Assembly (NCBI GenBank): GCA_030167865.1
Contig: JALAGF010004357.1
Coordinates: 1-60,206, forward strand
Source: Craspedostauros australis
Taxonomy: Eukaryota
Length of the DNA: 60,206 bases
Direction of reading: 5' to 3'
The notes beneath the pieces are model-generated. The model had not been told where the DNA came from, did not search any database, and was given only the letters and a program-made list of their open reading frames with translations. Below, piece after piece: positions 57,494 through 60,206 of this stretch (position 1 is its first letter; every line of letters begins with the position of its first letter). Position numbers and translations under genes: made by a program.

Positions 57494-59122
57494 CTAGCTT
57501 CGTTCAGTAAACTCCGTCCGAAACTTGGTTGCCGCAACTCGCTTCGTGAAGTTGGCGGCCTCACGATTTGCGGGCGTCCAGATGGATCCCTGCTGCGTCT
57601 TTGGGACAAGGATGTGGTCCAGCTCACCCTGCATTGGACGCAGAAAGAGGAGACCGGGTGAGACCTCGTCGATGCCTTCATGCTCCAGATGCGCTTTCCA
57701 CGTTGCGAATTCCTGCGCGTCATCGGCACGCCGTTGAGAGTACGTATCCGCGTCGATGGGGTGTTCGTTGGTGAAAAGGATTCCACCGCAGGGTGTTGGG
57801 GAATGACGGCTCCACCACGTCTTGAGCTTGTCCAGCAGAATCGGACCAGGATTCATGAATTCCGAAACGATCCCCACCGCGCCATCGCGCTTCAAACACT
57901 GGCCAGCGAGTTGGACGATGGCCTCCAACACGACTTCGCCGGATCCACCGCCCGACGAGAATAATCCATACCGCTGGTCGATGGCGCCGTCCGCCTGTTG
58001 CGGAACCGGCAGAAAGGGTGGATTTGCCAAGAGGAGATCGACGGTGTTGGGCTGCAGCAGTTCGTCCCATTTCTCTCGATCCTTCCGCACGTCGCCTAGC
58101 ACACATCGCGGAAGATGGGGCATGTTGTTGAGTTGGAAGTTGCATCGTGCGAATGCCAAGGCGCGCGGGTTGATGTCGACGCACGTGATATGCTGCTGTT
58201 GTTCCTGTTTGGAAGTTTCACCATCACTCTGCCACGCCGCCATCAATGCCTGAACGCCACTGCCCGTGCCGATATCGACGATGTTGGTGTACCGTTGCGT
58301 TTGGAACGAGAGAACGGCATCGCCATGCTGTTGCAACGCCACCGAATCCGGACCCACGTACATGACGGCACCGTGGTTTTGCGTGCCCACCGTCGTCATC
58401 GACAAGCACCGCGGATGCAAATCCGTCAGGACGTATCGCTCGTGTGGCATGGGCGTGATGTGCAGGTAGGGCACGATCCAGTCCTCATCGACGAATGCAA
58501 CACCGAGTCGTTGCAGACAGCGCAATTCGCCAACGGTAAAGTGCCGAAGGAATATGGATTGCGGGACGCACAGCGCCATGCAGAACATCTCGATGAGGCA
58601 GTGCAACCCGCTCGATATGGCGCGAACAGGTGGACAGCGGGATCCCGCCGCCAATGGTTGCAGATATAGCGGCGGTGGATACTGATTGTCGTTGTCGTTG
58701 TCGTCAGCAATGTGCAGTCTGCGTCGTACTTCCTCCTCGCTTCCCAACACCATGTGCGCTATCTGTTTGGCCGTGTACCGATGCTGCAGCAGAAGATTCT
58801 GCAATTGTCGAACATCTTGCCGCACATCGGAGTCCAGCTTGTCAGCAACTGCTTCGATGACATCCTGCCGATGCTTCGTATCTTGCGATGCCGCTATACG
58901 CAGCGCGGCCGTGCGGTCCATGGGCTCACTGGAATCATCCTGTTGCGTCCGCAGCTTCTGATACAAAGGTTGCGCAGCTTCATGGCCTTGCGTTGTGCGG
59001 ACGCATCGTGCCTGCTGGTATGCCTCCTGAACTGCGATGGCAGACGCCAAGTGGAGGCAGCAGCAGTAGCAGCAGTACGAGAGAAAGGTGAGGATCCAAC
59101 AAAGCCGTCGTTGCTGCAACAT
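57494..59122 (-). CDS. Class I SAM-dependent methyltransferase (HemK/MTS-like, NPPF) with N-terminal signal peptide
   Basis: VMYVGPDS, VDIGTGSGVQAL, VDINPRALAFARCN, LLANPPFLPVP, FSSGGGSGE. Hydrophobic N-terminus ending LASA-I. Confidence 0.85.
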   Translation of the reverse strand: MLQQRRLCWILTFLSYCCYCCCLHLASAIAVQEAYQQARCVRTTQGHEAAQPLYQKLRTQQDDSSEPMDRTAALRIAASQDTKHRQDVIEAVADKLDSDVRQDVRQLQNLLLQHRYTAKQIAHMVLGSEEEVRRRLHIADDNDNDNQYPPPLYLQPLAAGSRCPPVRAISSGLHCLIEMFCMALCVPQSIFLRHFTVGELRCLQRLGVAFVDEDWIVPYLHITPMPHERYVLTDLHPRCLSMTTVGTQNHGAVMYVGPDSVALQQHGDAVLSFQTQRYTNIVDIGTGSGVQALMAAWQSDGETSKQEQQQHITCVDINPRALAFARCNFQLNNMPHLPRCVLGDVRKDREKWDELLQPNTVDLLLANPPFLPVPQQADGAIDQRYGLFSSGGGSGEVVLEAIVQLAGQCLKRDGAVGIVSEFMNPGPILLDKLKTWWSRHSPTPCGGILFTNEHPIDADTYSQRRADDAQEFATWKAHLEHEGIDEVSPGLLFLRPMQGELDHILVPKTQQGSIWTPANREAANFTKRVAATKFRTEFTERS

Positions 59123-59873
59123 TATGGAAGAGATGATCGCCGTTCGTCTGCTTTCGGTCTTATCTGCGCATCACGATCCGTCGATGCCATTCTTCGTTAC
59201 TATGGAGTGAACTGATGGATTGGTATACGTGGATATGCACGTGCATGTGGCTGTGCATGCGGATGCAGTGGAGGGATGCTCTTCTTCTCTTTCCTGCGTC
59301 GATTGTCTCGTTGGTTGATTGGTTGGTTGATTGGTTGGTTGAGTTTCACACGGTGAACAAACACGACGAAACCAAAGATCTTCCATGGCAAAATGTGCAT
59401 CCGACACGATTCCACACACAAAAATGCGCCACGGTCCGTCCTTCGACGGTACATGACACTTCTTCGCATCCACGCCAGCGTGACGTTTTTTCAAACATCA
59501 TTAGAGAAGTTCTGCATTCCACTCAGAGGCCCCCAGACGAGGTGTCACACCGACATTGACTCTCGAGTGACGGAAACTGCACAGGACTGGTGCGTGACAG
59601 AATACTGCTTGGATTACGTGGAGTCAATAACCGTTCGCGCCATCTCTAGGGTATCTAATTTAGACATGTTCGCTTTCACTTCTCCCGAAGAGCGTCACAT
59701 TTTGGCCAAGAGTGTGACAACACATCATCGGTTCCTTTTTTGTTGTTGCATGATGTGTTCCCTCCATGCTATATGTCATGCTATACTCGCTGCTCCTTCA
59801 ATTCGTCTGTGTTCATCGCACCTTCGCACACACAGCTCCTCTGCGCGTTCGATCACTACATACCATCGTTGTC

Positions 59874-60206
59874 ATGGTCAATCGTAATTGGAGTACTGTT
59901 CCCGAGCGGCAGGCATTGGAAGAAGCCAGCGCTCGATTCGAGGCTGCCATCGCTCAGCTTGCAGACATCGACGTCCAACGTCTGGATTATGCAGGAGTCG
60001 TCATTTTGGTTCAGCACTATAGCAACATTGTTGCATTGGGCCGTCATGTGCTACAAATGCAGCAACTCTACCTCACTCCATTGGGACCTCCTCCCATGTT
60101 CACCAACAGGAACATTGCCATTGCGGAACTGGACGAACGCGAAAGTGTTCGTCACTTTCGTTTCCGTGTGCGTGATCTTCAACGTCTGGCTGACCGTCTC
60201 TGGCCC
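59874..60206 (+). mobile_element. Probable N-terminus of a PIF/Harbinger-type (DDE_Tnp_4) transposase ORF, running off the window
   Basis: Frame not in the ORF track, open from ATG 59874 to the window end (111 codons), ending NIAIAELDERESVRHFRFRVRDLQRLADRLWP. This resembles the L-x-D...FRF...L-x-x-L motif that precedes the HTH of Harbinger transposases. The catalytic DDE is not visible. Confidence 0.5.

Noticed and set aside
59310-59342. TTGG/TTGA low-complexity tract (also near 17832-17852)
   Set aside because: Ordinary simple repeats in UTR or promoter DNA; too short and irregular to be telomeric.

Overview
Eukaryotic nuclear DNA, most likely from a diatom (inferred from compact genes, short GT-AG introns, HA-domain and DUF6824 proteins, and RXL/KXXK secreted proteins). 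It holds about 20 protein-coding genes: a COG3899-type STAND ATPase (5' truncated), a pheophytinase-like hydrolase, TMF-like golgin, an HA-domain protein, a C2/DEP MCTP-like protein, an ART-like orphan, a GT47/RXYLT1-like glycosyltransferase, a DUF6824 protein, a chalcone-isomerase-fold protein, separase, an SLC13/SLT transporter, a Pta N-terminal-like protein, a methyltransferase, and the start of a probable PIF/Harbinger transposase at the right edge. The standout is a ~9 kb minus-strand array (34.1-43.0 kb) of four paralogous secreted proteins. It appears only after joining ORF fragments across phase-2 introns. Each protein has a signal peptide, RXL processing sites, a silaffin-like KXXK or highly acidic low-complexity region, and a shared C-terminal dirigent/allene-oxide-cyclase-like barrel. 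The array lies head-to-head with separase across a promoter carrying MSA-like and CHR-like motifs. All domain calls come from motif recognition by eye; no searches were run.
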